Positions 61,799 through 64,000 of a stretch of DNA of 64,000 nucleotides are shown in pieces. Within the stretch, counting starts at the first letter, position 1. Each line of letters begins with the position of its first letter. Below the pieces are notes generated by a model. The model searched no databases and was not told the origin of the DNA. It saw only the letters and a list, made by a program, of their open reading frames with translations. The translations under genes were made by a program, and so were the position numbers. The stretch is from a bacterium (GTDB lineage Bacteria; SAR324; NAC60-12): NCBI GenBank assembly GCA_965205865.1, contig CBDBHR010000024.1:96001-160000 (forward strand). The letters run 5' to 3'.

Positions 61799-63733
61799 CT
61801 ATTTTTTGAAGAACCATTGTTCGGGTAACTGGTATCTGAGACAGCTTGTATCATAGGTATCCGTAAAAGCAGTCTCACTCATATTACGCAAGTTAGCCGC
61901 TGCTACGCCAGGTTTCTTACTATTTCTTATAGTCCCTATTCCCCAAACATACTCGGCTTGTAGCTCCCCAATCTGCCTAATCAAATCCTTCTGTTCCTCT
62001 TTGTTTCCGGAAGCCCACAATTGTGCTTGTAAGGAGTAAAGCTTTTTTACCTCCGCGGGCGGCTCTTCACCGCTTTTACCAAGAGATGTTTTCCACTGTT
62101 GCCACTTGGGAGCGAACCATTCAGAATTAAACATGTGTTGACCAGAGGCCTTCACTATGGGAGCTATTCCTATGGCGCAACCGTTTATGAACACACCTAC
62201 CTCATGCTTTGCAGAGTCTTTCAATTTCCAGACAGCTGCCCTATCCATTTGCTTGACAGTGGCTTTAACACCGACTTCTCCCCAGTAGAGACTTGTCAAC
62301 TCACTGGTCTCAATCCAGGCTATTTCACCCCCGGATGTAACGGTAATTGATACGGTCAAAGTTTTGCCATCAGGTCGGAGCCGGAAACCTTCTCCATCCC
62401 GCTTATCCAATCCCATCTCATCCAGAAGTCTGTTGGCTTCTTTTGGATCATAACTTGCGTACGCTTTGGCAAATCTTTCTTCATAACCCGGGGCATCGCG
62501 TCCGAATGTCAATTGAGCAGGATCGCCTGTCCCATAGTTTACTTTCACATTAACCTCTTGGCGGTTGATAGCCAAAGAGAGAGCTCGTCGGAACCGGACA
62601 TCGCGGAAGATATCACGCTTAACCGGATCATCATCATAGTTCAAATTAAACCAAAAACCGGGATTAGCAGTATAAGCGGTTGTTGGCGTCCAAATACGCA
62701 GGTTATGCTTCTTTATGGCCTCAAAATAAAGGGGATAATCCTCCAGCTTGAACATCCTTTGACCGAAATCAACCTCTCCAGCTATCGCTTTCATACTGTT
62801 TAACTCTGGAGTTGTAGCCATAGTCCCTGTCATTTTATCAATATAGGGGAGTTGGTTGCCTTCCGGGTCTACCTTAAAGTAATAGGGATTTCGCTCCCAT
62901 AGTACATCTAATTCACCAGGTGCCACCTTTTTGGTGATCCACGCAGTGACCGTAGGAAGATCCAAATTTCGCTGTTTACCAGAAGTAAACTCCATTTTCG
63001 CCCTGATTAGCTGCACCCAGCTGTCAAATCCTGCTGCTTTGGCTACCTCATTCGCCTTTTTATTGTACTTGAGGTGAAATTGTTTTAGGTAATGTTTGGG
63101 CAATATCTGAGACTGCCAAAAGCCAAAACATACCCCGGCTAGAGGGAGAAGTACATTTGGATTAGGTGCTCCAAAGCGGAAGCGAAATGTATAATCGTCC
63201 ACCTTCTCTATTTTCGGCAACTCACCACCGGGCGTGACTGTCCACGGCAGGTTTGAGACACCTCCATGATAAGCCGCGAAAAGATCCTTGCTCCAAACAA
63301 TATCGTCATAAGTGAATACCATATCATCAGCGGTGAAGGGTGCACCATCTGACCATCTCATCCCCTTTCTCAAATAGACGGTCAGAACTTTACGTCCTTC
63401 TGAAAACTCCCACTTTTTGGCAACATTTGGCACTATCTCTTCGAAATTACGGTCAAAGAAGAACAAATTTTCAAAGTTACTTTCTGTGGGTTCACCCCAA
63501 TCCAACACAGAAGGCATCATCATCCGCACTGTCCCCCCATACTGTCCAATTTCCTCATAGACTTCAATAACCAAAGGCTCTTCAGGAAGTCTTTCTTCCA
63601 ACGGAGGAAGCTCCCCCGCCTTAACCAATTCCTTCAGCATGGGAGCCTCGTTATACTTTTGCGCCAGTGCTGAAGTCGCTCCCAATAAGCACATTACCCC
63701 AGCCAATAGTACCACCATTAATTTCTTATACAT
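61799..63733 (-). CDS. ABC substrate-binding protein, family 5 (oligosaccharide/peptide type)
   Basis: Signal peptide; EAPML...LPPLEERLP, WSDGAPFTADD and RNPYYFKVDPEGNQLPYID motifs. Confidence 0.93.
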   Translation of the reverse strand: MYKKLMVVLLAGVMCLLGATSALAQKYNEAPMLKELVKAGELPPLEERLPEEPLVIEVYEEIGQYGGTVRMMMPSVLDWGEPTESNFENLFFFDRNFEEIVPNVAKKWEFSEGRKVLTVYLRKGMRWSDGAPFTADDMVFTYDDIVWSKDLFAAYHGGVSNLPWTVTPGGELPKIEKVDDYTFRFRFGAPNPNVLLPLAGVCFGFWQSQILPKHYLKQFHLKYNKKANEVAKAAGFDSWVQLIRAKMEFTSGKQRNLDLPTVTAWITKKVAPGELDVLWERNPYYFKVDPEGNQLPYIDKMTGTMATTPELNSMKAIAGEVDFGQRMFKLEDYPLYFEAIKKHNLRIWTPTTAYTANPGFWFNLNYDDDPVKRDIFRDVRFRRALSLAINRQEVNVKVNYGTGDPAQLTFGRDAPGYEERFAKAYASYDPKEANRLLDEMGLDKRDGEGFRLRPDGKTLTVSITVTSGGEIAWIETSELTSLYWGEVGVKATVKQMDRAAVWKLKDSAKHEVGVFINGCAIGIAPIVKASGQHMFNSEWFAPKWQQWKTSLGKSGEEPPAEVKKLYSLQAQLWASGNKEEQKDLIRQIGELQAEYVWGIGTIRNSKKPGVAAANLRNMSETAFTDTYDTSCLRYQLPEQWFFKK

Positions 63734-64000
63734 CGTTTTTCTCCAAAATAAAGTTATAGCTTTTACAAAAGCCGCTTTCGTAAAAGCTCTCAAAAAGAGT
63801 AAAGTGTTAAAAAAAACACTTTTCCGCTATGGAAAGCTCCCTTTTACTCCTCTGCAAATCCAGAAAGAAACATCCTTCAAGCCACTAATCTGGCTTTCCC
63901 GCATAAAGGTCGCCTGCCGCAAGTCTTTAGCTTCAAAAGTCATGCCATCCGCTCGAAACGCAGGATTGGCGGGGGCTGAGGGGACCTATGGGAAAGGAGG

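Overview
Bacterial accessory region heavily reworked by mobile DNA. Gene content is deltaproteobacterial/SAR324-like (inference only). Metabolic genes include an RraA-family protein, an FAH-family hydrolase, menA, msrA, TPP and PLP enzymes, several oxidoreductases, two peptide-type ABC transporters and an amidase/CoA-ligase/single-chain carboxylase cluster. Complete IS66, IS1595, IS630 and ISNCY-like elements have readable ends and target duplications. Other mobile or defence DNA includes a BREX type 1 locus cut off in brxC, two group II intron remnants, nested MITEs inside a REP-like doublet, and a GIY-YIG gene bracketed by perfect inverted repeats. Three structures stand out. (1) Two related ~2.4-kb TA-flanked elements encode a ~750-aa DDE transposase I cannot assign to a known IS family; one sits inside the other exactly at the codons of its first predicted catalytic Asp. 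(2) An IS66 carries ~1 kb of mostly non-coding cargo that is a promoter-bearing, tandemly repeated paralog of its own insertion site. (3) An integrase-less integron cassette array (42987-45949) is identifiable by exact core/inverse-core complementarity and carries toxin-antitoxin and nucleotidyltransferase cassettes. No rRNA, tRNA or CRISPR array was seen. All family calls are from motif recognition by eye, not database searches.
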